A DNA stretch of 64,000 bases from Heteronotia binoei (Eukaryota), in NCBI RefSeq assembly GCF_032191835.1, contig NC_083228.1, forward strand, positions 70,866,001 to 70,930,000, read 5' to 3'. Position numbers and translations under genes: made by a program. Positions 34,100 to 48,380 of this stretch are shown in pieces (position 1 is the first letter of the stretch; each line of letters begins with the position of its first letter). Under the pieces are notes generated by a model that saw only the letters and a list, made by a program, of their open reading frames with translations, did not search any database and was not told the DNA's origin.

Positions 34100-35430
34100 A
34101 TAAGAACATAAGAGAAGCCATGTTGGATCAGACCAATGACCCATCCAGTCCAACACCCTGTGTCACACAGTGGCCAAAAAACCAGACACCATCAGGAGGT
34201 TCAGCAGTGGGGCCAGTACACCAGAAGCCCTCTCACTGTTGCCCCCCCCCCAGCACCAAGAATACAGAGTATCACTGCCTCAGATAGAGAGTTCCATCAA
34301 TATGCTGTGGCTAATAGCCACTGATGGACCTCTACTCCATATGTTTATCTAATCCCCCTTTGATAATGGCTATGCTGGCAGCCATCACCACCTCCTCTGG
34401 CAGTGAATTCCATGTGTTAATCACCCTTTGGGTGAAGAAATACTTCCTTTTATCTGTTCTAACCTGACTGCTCAGCAATGTCACTGAATGTCCACACGTT
34501 CTCGTATTGTGAGAAAGGGAGAAAAGTACTTCTTTCTCTACCTTCTTTATCCCATGCATAATCTTGTAAACTTCTATCATGTCACCCCTCAGTCGATGTT
34601 TCTCCAAGCTAAAGAGCCCCAAGTGTTTTAACCTTTCTTCATAGGGAAAGTGTTCCAACCCTTTAATCATTCTAGTTGCCCTTTTCTGCACTTTTTCCAA
34701 TGCTATAATATCTTTTTTGAGGTGCAGTGACCAGAATTGTACACAGTACTCCAAATGAGACCCCACCATCAATTTATACAGGGGCATTATGATACTGACT
34801 GATTTGTTTTCAATTCCCTTCCTAATAATTCCCAGGATGGCATTGGCCTTCTTTATTGCAGTCACACACTGACTTGACATTTTCAGTGAATTATCTACCA
34901 CAACCCCACGATCTCTCTCTTGGTCAGTCTCTGCCAGTTCATACCATCAACTTGTGTTTATAGTTAGGATTTTTGGCCCCAATGTGCATCACTTTGCACT
35001 TGGCCACGTTGAACCTCATTTGCCACATTGATGCCCACTCGCCCAGCCTCAACAGATCCCTTTGGAGTGCCACACGATCCTCTCTGGTTCTCACTACCCT
35101 GAACAATTTAGTGCCATCTACAAACTCAGCCACTTCATTGCTTACTTCCAACTCCAAATCATTAATGAACAAGTTAAAAAGCATGGAACCCAGTACTGAG
35201 CCCTGTGGAACCCCTTGCTTACCACCCTCCACTGCAAAAATTGCCCATTTATACTAATTCTCTCTTTCCTATTAATTAGCCAGTTTTTGATCCACGAGAG
35301 GACTTGTCCTTTTACTCCATGACTCTCAAGCTTACTAAGGAGCCTTTGATGATGACCTTTATCAAAAGCTTTCTGGAAGTCAAGGTAAACAACATCTATT
35401 GGGTCCCCTTTGTCCACATGTTTGTTACTA
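34100..35430 (-). mobile_element. 5'-truncated CR1 LINE with frameshifted RT
   Basis: YLDFQKAFDK, GVPQGSVLG, KKANAILG..HLEYCVQFWS; (TTCTTATG)n tail at 34100. Confidence 0.93.
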
Positions 35431-36518
35431 ACTGTAACAGGTTAGTGAGACAAGGTCTTCCCTCACCGTCATGTTTTTAAGCTATTGGGTTTTATAGATT
35501 TTATACTGTGTTTTGTTGTGACCCACTCTGAGCCCACTTGAGGGCAGAATATAAATCACATAAATAAATAGCTGATAAATTATTTAGTTCCTTCATTTCC
35601 ATTACTGGATTTTCTCTGGGTATTCTGAACTCCAGCATGTACTATAGGAAGACTAAACTAAGGTCTGTGCAAGACTAGGATTGCCAGGTTCCTGCTTTGG
35701 CAGGATGCTTCCTGTTGATTGGTGCCATTGCCCATTGCTCTTCCAAGGAATAACAGGTGGGAGAATGCTGTCATACTCTGTGCTGGTATGTGTGACAGAC
35801 TATCAAGAGTTAATGACTCACAGAGTCTGAGATCCTTTGAGTGACAGGCTGTTCAAATGGAATTCTGTGGAGCACATCAGTTAAGAAAGAACAGATGGAA
35901 ATGGACAGTTGAAGAAGAGACACTTTAGCAGTGACAATGGACTGTGAAAGTGGCAGAAGGGGTGGCTGGATCAACAAGGATCCTCATTGAAGCTGGAAAG
36001 AGAAATTGCTTCCACTCTAGAGAAGTAATCTTTGCCCAGTGAGAAGGGAGGCATCTCTTAAAAGAGGAGAGATCCCTGGTCTGTGTATAGAGAGGGATTT
36101 TGGGGAAGTTGGTTGTGTGAAAAGCAAGCCTCTCTCCTGAACGTTTAAAAGTCCTTGTTGAAAAGCAAAAATATCTACTTGTTGGCAAAAAAAAAATCTT
36201 GAATTCAGTGTGTTTATAAAATTACCTCAGTTATCTGTTCACCTAACTACCGAATTCCATTTGACCTTTCCCCCTCCAAGTTAAATAAAATGTTTCCTTA
36301 ATTTTGAACTTCCAAAAGCCTCTCATATGCTATTTCAGAAGTATAAGTTAATAAGGAGATTTTGTCTCTTCCTTCAGTTCCCTGGGCTGGGCCAACATCA
36401 TTCATAATCTATAGACATAAAACTGGTTTAATGTTGGGAAATCCCTGCTCCCTCATTCGTTGGGTTGGGTGAGACTGCACTGCATCAGCAATTGGATAAT
36501 GAAGCCTCTGTCACCAGA

Positions 36519-36778
36519 TTGGCTTTCCTATTGGCTCTACTCAGTGTCACCTGCCCACTGTAGACTGTGAGATGCTCCCCCAACTGCCAAAATGAACTTG
36601 CCTCAGACAGAGAAACATCTCTTCTTCTCCAGTATCTTCTGCAACCTTTGGCTTTCCTATCGGCTCTACTCAGTGTCACCTGCCCTCTATAAACTGCCAA
36701 ACACTTCCCCAGTCACCAAAATGAACTTGCCACAGACAGAGACACATCTCCACTGCTTCTCCACTATATCCTGTGACA
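36519..36778. repeat. 129-bp direct repeat, 2 copies
   Basis: TTGGCTTTCCTAT..GGCTCTACTCAGTGTCACCTGCCC at 36519 and 36648. Confidence 0.8.
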
Positions 36779-37139
36779 ATCTGTCACAAAAATTTGGCCC
36801 CTTCCACTTCACAGCAAAAAAGGCGCAAAGTCGCTCTGAAGCTCAAGTTTGAGGCCTTCAGCTTCTACAGCCTAACTTTGCCATTGCTGCCAGCAACGAC
36901 CCTTTGCCCCAAGCTTACCCAAGTCCTGGCCCTGCTAAGAGTGTTTCCTGCCCCCTGGGAAGTGCTAGCCAGAGTCTGTTGCTAGGCAACCCAGGCTATT
37001 TTTCTCAGTAAATGGAGAGGCCTTAGGCAAATAGAATGGCATACAGTCCATCCTCCAAAAGCTGTGGTTTTCTCCAGGATGGAGAGAGAAATGTGTTGTC
37101 TGTAGTTCAAGGCACCTCAAGGCATCTTGATGCTACTAG

Positions 37140-38470
37140 CAATTTCCTCCCCAGGAACCACTGTTGCCAATCTCCAGGTGAGGACTGGAGATCACTCAGA
37201 ACTACTCTCCAGATGATAAACCATCAGCTCCTCTGGAGGTGGGGGACAGTGTGAATGCTTTCACTTGGGTGAGTGGGAAGACAGCAAGGCTGGGGGGCAT
37301 TAACCCAGAGGACTTTAGCAGTTCAGAGGCCTTTCCTCCTGGGGAACAACTGTTGCCAATCTCTAGGTGAGGGCTGGAGATCACTCAGAATTATGACTGT
37401 TCTCCAGATGAAAGAGATCAGCTCCCCTTGAGGTGGGGGTGGGGTGAGTGAATGCCTTCATTTGGGTGGGCAGGAAGACAGCAAGGTTGGGAGGCACTAA
37501 CCCAGAGGCCTTTAGTAATACCTTTCCAGGTTGGTGGGAAATTCCTGGAGATTCTGTGGTGGAGTTTGAGGAAGGCATACAATTTAGGGCTTCAGAGTGG
37601 GGTCTGCCAGATACAGGTTCTTGCTGTGGAAGCTGACTGGGTGACTTCAGACCAGTCATGGGCTTCCAGCCTAACCTGCCTCACAAGGTTGTTGTTCAGA
37701 TCAAAGGGGGAGAGGACAATGATGTAAGCTACTTTGGCCCCACACACTCACACTGTGAAGAAAGACTGTTTTTTTTTTCCTATGTAGAGGCCGCAGGGAG
37801 GGGGGAAGGCAATGGAAACCTGAAGTCAGAGGGGCAGGTAAAGGGATGGCTCCACCTGGGGTTGGCTAGCCTATGCCTGGCTGCTTGCTACTGTTCAGGA
37901 GCAGCCTCCCATGACAGCCACTATGGCATGGGAGTTAAGGCTTCAGAGCAGGAACTGCCATACCCAGCTTCTTGCTATGGAGGTTGACTGGGTGATTTTG
38001 GACCAGTCACAGACTCCCAGCCTAACCTGCCTCACAAGTTTGTTGTTCAGATCATATGGGGGGAAAGGGGAACGATGTAAATTGCTTTGGATTCCCCCCC
38101 CCCATTGCGAAGAAAGACTGTCATTTTCCTATGTAGAGGCTGAAGGGAGGAGGAAGGTGATGGAAACCTGAAGTCAGAGAGGGAGATAAAGGGAAGAAGG
38201 TTGCCAACTCCAGGTTAGAAAATTCCTGGAGATTTAAGGGGTGGGGCCTGGAGAGGGTGGGGTTTGAGGGGTGGGGCCTCAGACAAGTATAATGCCATCT
38301 CCTCCTAGGGAACTACTGTTGCCAATCTCCAGGTGAGGGCTGGAGATCACTCAGTATTACAACTGTTCTCCAGATGGCAGAGATTAGCTCCCCTTGAGGT
38401 GGGGAGGAAGTAAATGCTTTCACTTGGGTGGGTGAGAAGACAGCAAGTGTGAGGGACACTCATCCAGAGC
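37140..38470. repeat. Composite local repeat array (A A B B A)
   Basis: ACTGTTGCCAATCTC.AGGTGAG unit at 37160, 37349 and 38315; GACTGGGTGA..CCAGCCTAACCTGCCTCACAAG unit at 37635 and 37986. Confidence 0.75.
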
Positions 38471-38863
38471 CTCTTTCTAGAGCCTGTTGTATTTTTTTCT
38501 CTACAACGGGCCTTATTCCTAGTATATGATAATGTGACTGGGTAGGACAGACATAGATGAACAAAAAAAGAAGAAATAAAGGGGAAATCATGTATATGAG
38601 AGAGGGAAGAGGGTGAGATCACAAATCGCTTTAGTGTGCAACCCAAAAGTGACAGTGGGTAGCTCCAGGAATTGCCAGAAACTCTATGGTTGTACCCAGA
38701 AGAGACTTAGTGACCTTGGTGATGTTGCTGATGTCACACACCTCAGGTCCCTGATAGTTGCTAGGCTCTATGCAAGACAGAGACAAGTTTACCTATACAC
38801 CCTATCTCCCAAGTAGGATTGTCCATTACTTTGTCACCAGACTTTCACCATCATGTTAAAAGG

Positions 38864-38995
38864 GTCCAGGCAAATAGGCATGAAAAAGCTCAGCTTGAGA
38901 CCCTGGAGAGCCGCTGCCAGTCTGAGTAGACAATACTGACTTTGATGGACTGAGGGTGTGATTCAATATAAGGCAGCTTCATATGTTCAAATATG
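38864..38995 (+). mobile_element. 5'-truncated Squam3-like SINE
   Basis: Matches the 3' half of 9977-10190. Confidence 0.8.
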
Positions 38996-41900
38996 TTCAC
39001 TCTACCATGGCACCCAGGTTGCTTCTGGCCAATTTATTCATTAGCATAGCTTTTAAAGTTCAGCAGTAGCCAAAGGGAAACAGATATGAGGTACCAATAC
39101 CTCAGCTGAAGAACCTCCTTTCTTTATGTTTGGTTGCTTTAATATTAAGTGTTATAGGTAGCAGACAGGAATTGCTATGATTTTTAGCCAAGTGCTAGAA
39201 ACTAATTATAAAACATGTTTCAGTTTTAGAGATTTGGGCAACCTAAACTTAATTTAGATAACTCATTGTCAGTTCTTTTGACTCCATTTTTGGAAGACAA
39301 TTGCTTTCCAGACCCTAAGGTATCTTTATTAAGTCAATTAAAGTGTTCATGCTTTGCTCTGGTTCCCTGAGGAAAATTAAAGGATCCAGAATTTAATGAA
39401 TCACATATTAAAAAGCCCCCTGAGATATTTATCTCTTGACCTCTGACATCAAGGGTCTTGAGGATACTGGCTCACACCACTTACTGGGACCTCAGTGGCT
39501 TCAAAGGAGCCAATTAGTTCAGTGGCTATTCTCTGAAATTAAACACATTAAACAGTATATGAGCAAACTCCATAAACTATTAATAACTTGCACAATAATT
39601 AAGACCAGCATCTTTTTAGAAACTGCAATGTCTCAATGTAATCTATCAGCTCAGCAGATGCCCTAGAATAATATTATCAAAATTGATATTACATATAGAT
39701 ACATATCTATTGGGACATTTTATAATAGCCTGGGAGGTGGATGGCTATTTGAAAAAATCCAAAAAGCAAACAATGCCTGTGTAATTAACACAAGCATACA
39801 GTCCAGTATCTATAAAAACTAGCCTAATTTGCAAAACCCAATTATGGAGACTTAGGGTAACTGAGACTAAACCAGCTCAATTAAAGATAGGTACAACCTG
39901 AACCACAAAGCAAAATTCATTACAATTTTGCCCTGTTCATGGTTCATTTCTCTACTGCTCAGGTGTTTGGGGGCATTCCTGTGCAGTCCATTTAAAGTGA
40001 CTGAACAAGAAAGCCCAAAACGGCTGAGCTGTGGGGACCAGGCTTCTCCCTGACATTCAGCTGTTGTTTTTTTTTTTTTTTTGGGGGGGGGCTTTCTGCA
40101 AACCCCATATAAAAAAACTGCTATTCCTTTCAATGAAGTTTGTGGGGTCACAAACCATGAACTGATTTGGTTCACAAATAACCTTGTTCAGCCACAAACC
40201 ATGAACCACCACAAACCATATTTTTTTCTAGTTTGTGTCCATCCCTAAATTTAAAAAAAAAAGAAAAAGAAAGAATTTATATTCAACTCCGTGGTCCATT
40301 TTGTTGGTTATATCAGAAAATGGTCAGACATAGGAAGATTAAATTTGAAAAAAAAACTCATAGGCAGCTCTCTTATAAAATCTGATTTCAGATATTTAGA
40401 ATTTCATTGAAGCAACAGAAAAACCACAGTACTATATAGAATAAGATCTCCATAACTAGGTATGTTATTTTTATGTATATAAATTAAGTCTAATTCCTTT
40501 TATGCAATGACCTTCTTTTCCAATGTTATTTGATGCATTGGCCAAACTGGAATTAGAGAGTCCAGTCTGATTAAATTCTTTGGTAACTAAGATTTTGATT
40601 TTCAAGGAACTGATTTTTGGTCCATGGAAGCCTGACCCTCTTGAAAGGGGAATAAACATAGGAGAGACACAGGAGACAAAGAATTAAATATTTTTTATGA
40701 AGAAAAGGTCTATGACACTTCTCCTTTTAAATTTGGCAAAGATGGCTTACAAAATAAAAAGAATACAAACAAATCATTAAAAGATATTTATTAAAACTGA
40801 GCATTAAAAATACAACCCAGCATAAAAACATGGACCATAAAAATAGACCATTTATAGCTTAAACACTGTTTTAACTTGGAGATTCACAGGTAAAATTTAT
40901 AATTTAAGTAAGATTATCATGGGAATTCCTCCAAGATTACACTTCATGGTAATATTCCATTTTATCCACCTTGAATCTCAGCAAGAAAGGCAGACTATAA
41001 ATAAAGTAGCAAATAAATACATAATTTATAATACATAATAATACAAAATACAAAAAATACAAAATAAATATATAAGTACATACTCCCCCAAATAGTACTT
41101 GGACATACTAAAAACAAAGAAAATGGAATACAGAAAAAAGCACTTTCCTAGAATAATAAATTAGTAAATAGCCCATTTGAAATAGTCCATATGAATATTT
41201 GATAGAGACCATATTTTTTATGCTGGTTTAAACTATTTACAGTAAAAGCTTTGTTATCCAGCGATCAAAGGGAATGGTGGCTATCAGTTAATCAAGCTTA
41301 GTGCTCTTATAGGAATAATCACTATCCAGTATCCAAAATATAAGGACAAATCCAAGTGCTAATTCCTGATCAGGGTATTTTTGAAAGAAAATAAATCCAG
41401 AAAGGTACAGAGAAATCCATTTTAAAAAGCAACTTTTCAGAATAAGGCAAAATAATTCCCTCCATGTACATTGCATTTGTCAGAAGAATCCATCATGTGT
41501 GATAATTTCCCCAATTGAGCTTGTGTGTGTGTGTGTGGGGGGTGCAGCGCAGGGGTCTGTCTTGAGTGTCAGAACCCCTAGTGCCGAACTGGCCATGGAA
41601 GTTCAACATTGTTTTCTCTTTCTCTCTTTCCTCCCTTTTTGCCCCCAAGAGAAGCAGCCCCAGAGAAGCAAGAAGATGGTTGGGGGGGGTGCAGAAAGAG
41701 AGAAAGGCAGAGGCAGGTTTCTCTTTGTATTTCTCCTGCATGTGCCTCCATGTACCTGTGTGTGTGTGTGAGAGAGAGAGGGGGGGGGGGAGGGAGGGAG
41801 GGGGAAGGGGGAGAGAGGCTAGAGGCAGGAAACAGAAAGCAAAGAGGCACTGAGGGAGCTGGGGGGAAAGCAAGGTACGGTGCAGCTGCAGCAGCAGCCT

Positions 41901-42302
41901 TAGAAAGAAAGCAGAAGAATGAGGTTGCTTGGGGGTGAGGTTTGAGCCCTGAGCAGGCACATTTGACTCCCTGAGCTATTACATGCAGCAGACAGACAAG
42001 TAGGCCAGCTGCCTGGGAGCCCTGTGTCAGAGCTGGCTTCTAATTTCTCAAGGCAGACTGAAGGAAAAGAAGACACACAACAATGAAATCAGCTGGCAGC
42101 CAAAATGACATGATGCTTTTTTTAAAAAAACAAGGTGGGTCTGGTTTCCCTAGACATGATGCATTTTCCTGCAGTTACACAGCAGCTGCAGGAAAGATCA
42201 CCTTTAAAAGCTGAAGAAGCCCCATTTAGCTCAGGACAATGCCACTGGGGGGATGGGCTTCTGGCTCCACCTGCACTTTTTTCCTGACCTCAAAAAGTAT
42301 CA

Positions 42303-42566
42303 GATGGATTTCGCACTCAGCTTACCCCACAGTCACGTTCCTCTTCTCTGTAAAGCGTCTGTTGGATTTCCCACTATCTGTGCCAGAGTTACAGGAAATG
42401 TTGCAGCTTTTGCACAGCAAACGAAAACCGCAAAAAACCAGTTTTCGTTTACTGTGTGAAAGCCGCGACACTTCCTGTAACTCCAATGAAGATAGTGGGA
42501 AATCTGACAGACGCTTTGCAGAGAAGAGGAATGTAACCGCGGGGTAAGCTGAGTGCGAAATCAGTC
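42303..42566. mobile_element. PIF/Harbinger MITE, related family
   Basis: TIRs GATGGATTTCGCACTCAGCTTACCCC / GGGGTAAGCTGAGTGCGAAATCAGTC; TSD TCA. Confidence 0.85.
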
Positions 42567-44823
42567 TCAGTTATTTGCAGTTATTTCATGTGGAGTATTC
42601 TGGAACTATTTTGGCTCAGGAAAAAGGTGGGAGTGAGGAAGGAGCCCTTCCACCATTTTGCTCTCATAAACCAAATTGAGCTTCTGCAGGCTTTAAAAGT
42701 GATATTTCCTATAGCTGCTATGTGACTTCAGTTAAAGCAAATCCCCAGAGCCAACTTGTTAAAAAAATGTATCATGCAGTTAGGCCCTGAAGAGAACATA
42801 ATGTTGCCTCACATGTTCTTTTCCTCATTCAGCCAGCATCAAGTAGAAGAGGCATATTCCTTCCAAAGTATTTAAGACAAACTTAAAGAGCTGGATATAG
42901 AGCTGCTTCACAATCTAGAAACAACAAGGGGAACACCCATAGGAACTCAAGAGGGAAGGAAAATCCCACCTTCTGTTTCCCATTTCCTCTCTTCTTGATC
43001 ATCCCTTCCCATTACTGCCATTGCTCCTCTCAACACTCCTATCATTGCTTTAACTTTACCTTCCTGTTGTTTTCAGGGCCAGGCTCTACCCTAAGCCTTC
43101 CCATTTCACGTTCACCTCTCTTCAACACTGCTGCCACTGCTGCTTTCTTTCCCCCCTACTCTTCTCAGCTGCTCCCTACTTATTTTTAAATCCTTTGTTG
43201 CATTGTGTTGCTAAACAATCCCATTATGCTGACCATGATCTCAGACAACCTTGGTTAGCATTTTTAAATGTATGTGCACAAGTACATATTTTGCTTTTCT
43301 GTTTTGGTAGCTTTTTATTTTTGAAATTTGCTCCAGATTTATAGAAACATCTCCTCTTTCTAGACTTGGCCCATTTTGCAGATATGCTGCTTGCTGCTTT
43401 CAATACTCTCTCTAAGCTGTGGAGTCTTGTGAGCAAAAATTCTAGTTTGTGAGCCACTGGCATTAAAGTTGTGAGTTATGGCATAAATTAATTGGCTCTG
43501 GGCCCATTTTTCCTGAGCTAAGACAAAAATGTGTGAGCAGGAGGTTAAAAAAAACCCCTGTGAGCTAGCTCACACTAACTCAACTTAGAGGGAATGCCTG
43601 CTTCACACTCTGAGGCCAAGTTTAGAATTAGATAAATGATTAGCAGGAACATGATTATCTGGAACTTTGGGTGTTCATCTTGTTCTAAATCACTTCTTTC
43701 TTTAAAAGTCACTACTTGCAGTTTGCCTATGAAGAGGACTACAGTCCCTGAATCTAACTTTCAAAACAAGGAAATCAAGGGTTGTTATGCAGAGGCAGGC
43801 AATGACAAACCACCTCTGTAAAGTCTCTTACCTTGAAATCCCATGAGAGGTTGCCATAAATTGGGTATGGTTTTACAGTACTTTCCACCATCACTTGTCC
43901 ACCCACTATAATTGCTGCACAGTCATATTTTTTTTTAAAAAAATGAATGTTTCACAAAACTAAACGTTGTGATGACATGTTAGCTGTGATCCAGACTATG
44001 GTGGTTTAGGAAACAGAATACAGCCCCAGAATACAATAGCTGACAATGGAAGTGAGTGGAGGAATAGTAATAGAAGAAGCAATATTGTTTCACAGACCTG
44101 AGCCTAACCTTCAGCTCACTTGTTAAGCACTAATAATTATTACCAAATCACAAATGGCTATGTTCAGTGCTGATATTGAGAATGGAGTAAGTTGGAGGTT
44201 AGGTAAATTTTGATTTTTCAGTGTTAACACTAGCACTTTTTGACTTTTACTGCTTTGTGACCCAATGACATATTTCATTGATCAGAAACACCTTTTTTCC
44301 CTCTGGTAGTAGGCAATACGATACTGCTTATGCCGCAGTAGCATATCAGACCAGCATATCTCACACTGGTCACTGATGCTCTCTCTTGAAACTTGTGATC
44401 AGTGGCCTTAGTAAATAAAAGAAAAACAAGAATTCTGACTGATCAATAGACTTGTTTCTTAGAAGGATTGCCTTCTTCCCTATATTAAGATTGATGGAAA
44501 GATTAGCATAATTAAATCCCTAGGCCTAGAGCTTTCTTTTGCTAATCAGCAAGTATTAATGGTTTTTTTTTTCTGTCTATGCTTTCCCGGATACATCTAT
44601 TTTGTGCCAAGTAGAAAGGCATATTTTAAACAAAGAACAGGTTGGCTGTCAGTTTCCATATTTTGCATACTTGTCTCACAGCCCCAAATCACACAAGATT
44701 AAAAGTGTGTTCAGCTCTCTGAGCCATTGCAATTCTTGAAGGACAAAATCTAAGCTGTAGTGGTTTTACAGCTTCCTTATACACCTGATCATAATCAACA
44801 GCCAACAGTGACCAAGTGCTATT

Positions 44824-45208
44824 TAGGGTTGCCAGGTCCAAATCAAGAAATATCTGGTGACTTTGGGGGTGGAGCCAGGGGACTTTGGGGGTGGAGCTAG
44901 GAGCAAGGGAAATAATGAAGCATTGGAAATAATGAAGGATAGGAACACCTTCTTTGGGGGCTCATAGAGCTGAACCCTCAGGTCCAATCTTTTTTAAACT
45001 TGGAGGGTGTTTTGAGGAGAGGCACCAGATGCTTTGCTAAAAATTTGGTACCTCTACCTCCCCAGATACCCATTATTCCCTATGGGAATCGGTCTCCATG
45101 GTGTGCCCAACAGACATTTCCCTCCCCCCCTTTCTGATGACCGTGAAGTGGGGGGAGGGCCTCCAAACCAGGAGATCCCCTGCCCCCACCTGGGGGTTGG
45201 CATCCCTA
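44824..45208 (+). mobile_element. hAT MITE (385 bp)
   Basis: TIR TAGGGTTGCCA / TGGCATCCCTA; perfect 8-bp TSD GTGCTATT. Confidence 0.92.
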
Positions 45209-47969
45209 GTGCTATTGTAGCAGCTCAGAGTCAAGATTCCAAATTTTGGCGATGCAAAAGAAGGTCCACTATTTGTCCTTAAAGTGTCTATCTTTGTTCC
45301 TGCATCTGGCCAAGGATTAAAAGGGCTTTTAGGTGATCATTTTGCAACCAGGAAAAATGGGATACCTACTCTCAGTTTTTTGGACTGTAAAACTTGAACT
45401 GTTATGGGGGCCCCTTCTCAACCAACAACAATATAGGGCAACACGCAAAAAAGATTCAAAGGGCCTTGAGGCCCATATGGCAGAGTACAGGGTGATAGGA
45501 TGGAGACCTTGAAAATGAGCTGTAGAACTATTAAGCTGCACACTGAAGATGGAGTTGAAGATCCAGCTGCCAAAATTTAGGCTATGAATTAATTCTGGCA
45601 AGCTCAGTGAGCCCATACAGCTGAGGGTTCAGGTGCTGCAAGTCCCTGGATTTTTTTTTAAATGTGACCAATTACAGGAAGATTTTGAGGCTATATGAAA
45701 TGGGTATTAGAGCATATTCTAAGGTCAATATTAAGTACTTCGACCCAATGGCTTATGATTCTGTCACTAAAATAGCATTTTAATAACAAACACTTTAAAA
45801 TTCTGTTGAAAAATTCACTCATTTTTAAAAAAAAGTTGCTTCAGGAGCCCTCCAGGATTAGGAGCCCTGAAGCTTAAGCTTCATTAGTTTCATAGTAGAT
45901 CCACCCCTCCTCTTCTTCCTAGTTAAAATTTCAGTCACAATCATGAGTGTTGTGTCAGGTGGGTAGCCATGTTAGTCTGAAGCAATAAAACAATGTTTGA
46001 GACCAGTGGCACCTTTAAGACCAACTAAGTTTAATTCTGGGCATAAGCTTTTGTATGCATACACACTTCATCAAAAAGCTTGTATCCAGAATTACCTTTA
46101 TTGGCCCACTGGATTCAAACTTTCTTCTATGAATGTTGTGTGGTGCTATATTGTAGACACATATTAAATAATGCTCAAAGTATCACTACTAATGAGCAGC
46201 ACATTTTCAGTTTGTCCAGGCTCATGTCTTCTCTTCCAAGCTTACTTATATGCATAAATTTCATTGGTCATAAGATTTTAACAAAGAACTTTAGTGGGGT
46301 TTGTATTATGCTACTAGTAGTTTGGATCAAAAGTTAAGAGGGTTGCATAACCAGATTTCAGAGAGAATTTTCACACCATCATCATCCTCGTAAAAATGCT
46401 TACTCCTTTACAGTCTGGGTAGAGGCAACTACATAACATGGTATCATGAGAATAGTGATGGTCAACATTGTGGAGAACAGTGTATTGTGGGGTTCCTTTG
46501 AATGCTGATGACTGCCTGAGATGACAAGAAAAGGCAATAGCCAGGACAGGCAAATTGGTATTTTGTTTCCCTATTAAATATTCCTTTGGGATGCTTCAAT
46601 AATTGTATTTGGCCTGCCTTACAAAACCTACTCAGCACTATCAGTGCATTTCAATCATAATCAACTTTTTCCAACTCTTCTTTGTGGAAATGATATCTTA
46701 CATAGCTAATTACAAACCATTCAGTCTCTGGGCTTATATGAATGAATTCTGAATAGGTCTAACCTGGGGTTAATAGCTCTTTTATGAGATTGTCAATGAC
46801 ACAGGCCAAATGTTAGAGCCTTTCCATTAATTATCCTTGACATGCAATATATTTGACTAAACTCATGATTAAATTTAGGTGTCAAAGATCAGAACTGGAA
46901 GGGATGGTGAGAACAATCCCTATCTAGAGAAAAGGACTTGATAAGATGTAATCAAGTATTAACTGTTTTGACTTGGAGGCTTATGAAGACAGCGGAGGCG
47001 TCTTATAGATCTGGAAAGTGGAGGCAAATGATTTATCCATGCACCATTTACAGAGAAGAGACTGCAGACTGATTGCTAAAATTATAGAAGGGCCTGAGGT
47101 CAATATCACTTTGGTTTCTAACTTAATATTGATGATTTTACCCCTGGGAGGTTCAGGTTGTTGTGACTGAAACTGTAGACAGGTCAAAGCAAACACCGGT
47201 GGAAATAAGAGAGAAAATGGAAGATGTAATGCACAGAGGAGACAGAAAATTCAGAAAAAATGGAAAAATCCAGTATAGATCGAGCTGCCATATAGCAGAA
47301 GAATCTGGGTATCCAGTAATTCTCTAAAATCTACTTTGGATTACAGTGTCTGAAACAAATTATTAAATTTCATTTTCAAAATTATTGCTGAATCTCCTAT
47401 CCACATATATTCTGTGTATCTTAGTCCCAAATGTCATATATTATTGCTTAAAGTTGGTTTCAATCAAGGAACTGTTTGAGAAGTTTGATATATTATTAAT
47501 ACTGACCTTTCTTTGCTTGTTTTCATTTAGAAAAGGTGGCTAGATTCTGAGAAACATCCACAGAGAGAAGATAAATTCCAAAAAGGTTTCTGTTGCAGAA
47601 AACAAAAACTATAAATACTATTGTGATATCTGACAGTGTGTGCTCTGGCCCCAAATACTAGTTTGTTTTTAAAAGTGCAATGACAACCATTGTTATTTTT
47701 ATATTTAAATTTATATAGCATTGTAGTTTTCATCAGAAGCAGAGTTAAGCTTAATCAAAATTGCAGGGCTTTTTGTAGAAAAAGCTCAGTAGGAACACAT
47801 TTACATATCATGCCACATCCCCTGATGTCAAGCCATCTGGAACTGTGTTCCTACTCAAAAAAAGTCCTTCATATCCTTCAGGTCCTTACAAAATTGTACC
47901 TCCGGTTCCACTATTATCTTCTCTCATCCATTCCTTCAGCTCCAAACTTCTTGAATCAATACCAGATGG

Positions 47970-48085
47970 GCAGTTGTGTTGGTCTGTAGCAATGGAATTA
48001 AGGTAGATTCCAGTGGCACCTTTAAGACTAACAAAATTTTATTCAAGGTATGAGCTTTTGTGTGCATGCACACTTCCTCAGATAC
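47970..48085 (-). mobile_element. Penelope-type terminal repeat remnant with a decayed hammerhead; related pieces at about 45960-46075 and 21625-21720
   Basis: GTAT-CTGAGGA-A-GTGTG(catg)CACAC-AAAA-GCTC-ATAC; core GAAA reads AAAA. Confidence 0.65.
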
Positions 48086-48380
48086 ATAGAAATGAAAGGT
48101 AACAATTCAAACGTATAAACAAAGCCTGAACAGCAAATTAGCATGTAACATGATAAAGATGTTTTAAGAGATGGAGAGACAGAATAGGAATAACAAATTA
48201 CATTTCTAAGGTTAAAAGTTGTTTGGTTTTAATTAAGGGGAAACAACAGTGAAGCAATAAATATGTCAAAATAGGAGATAAATGTGTTAAAGTATCCTTT
48301 CTAATTGTTGGAAGTTAACTGCAACTCTGTTGCTATGCTCCATTTGTTTTCTCTGAAGCATGGAGATCACAAACAGCATT

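Noticed and set aside
41493-41960. Overlapping ORFs on both strands
   Set aside because: Produced by (GT)n, (GA)n and G-run low-complexity sequence
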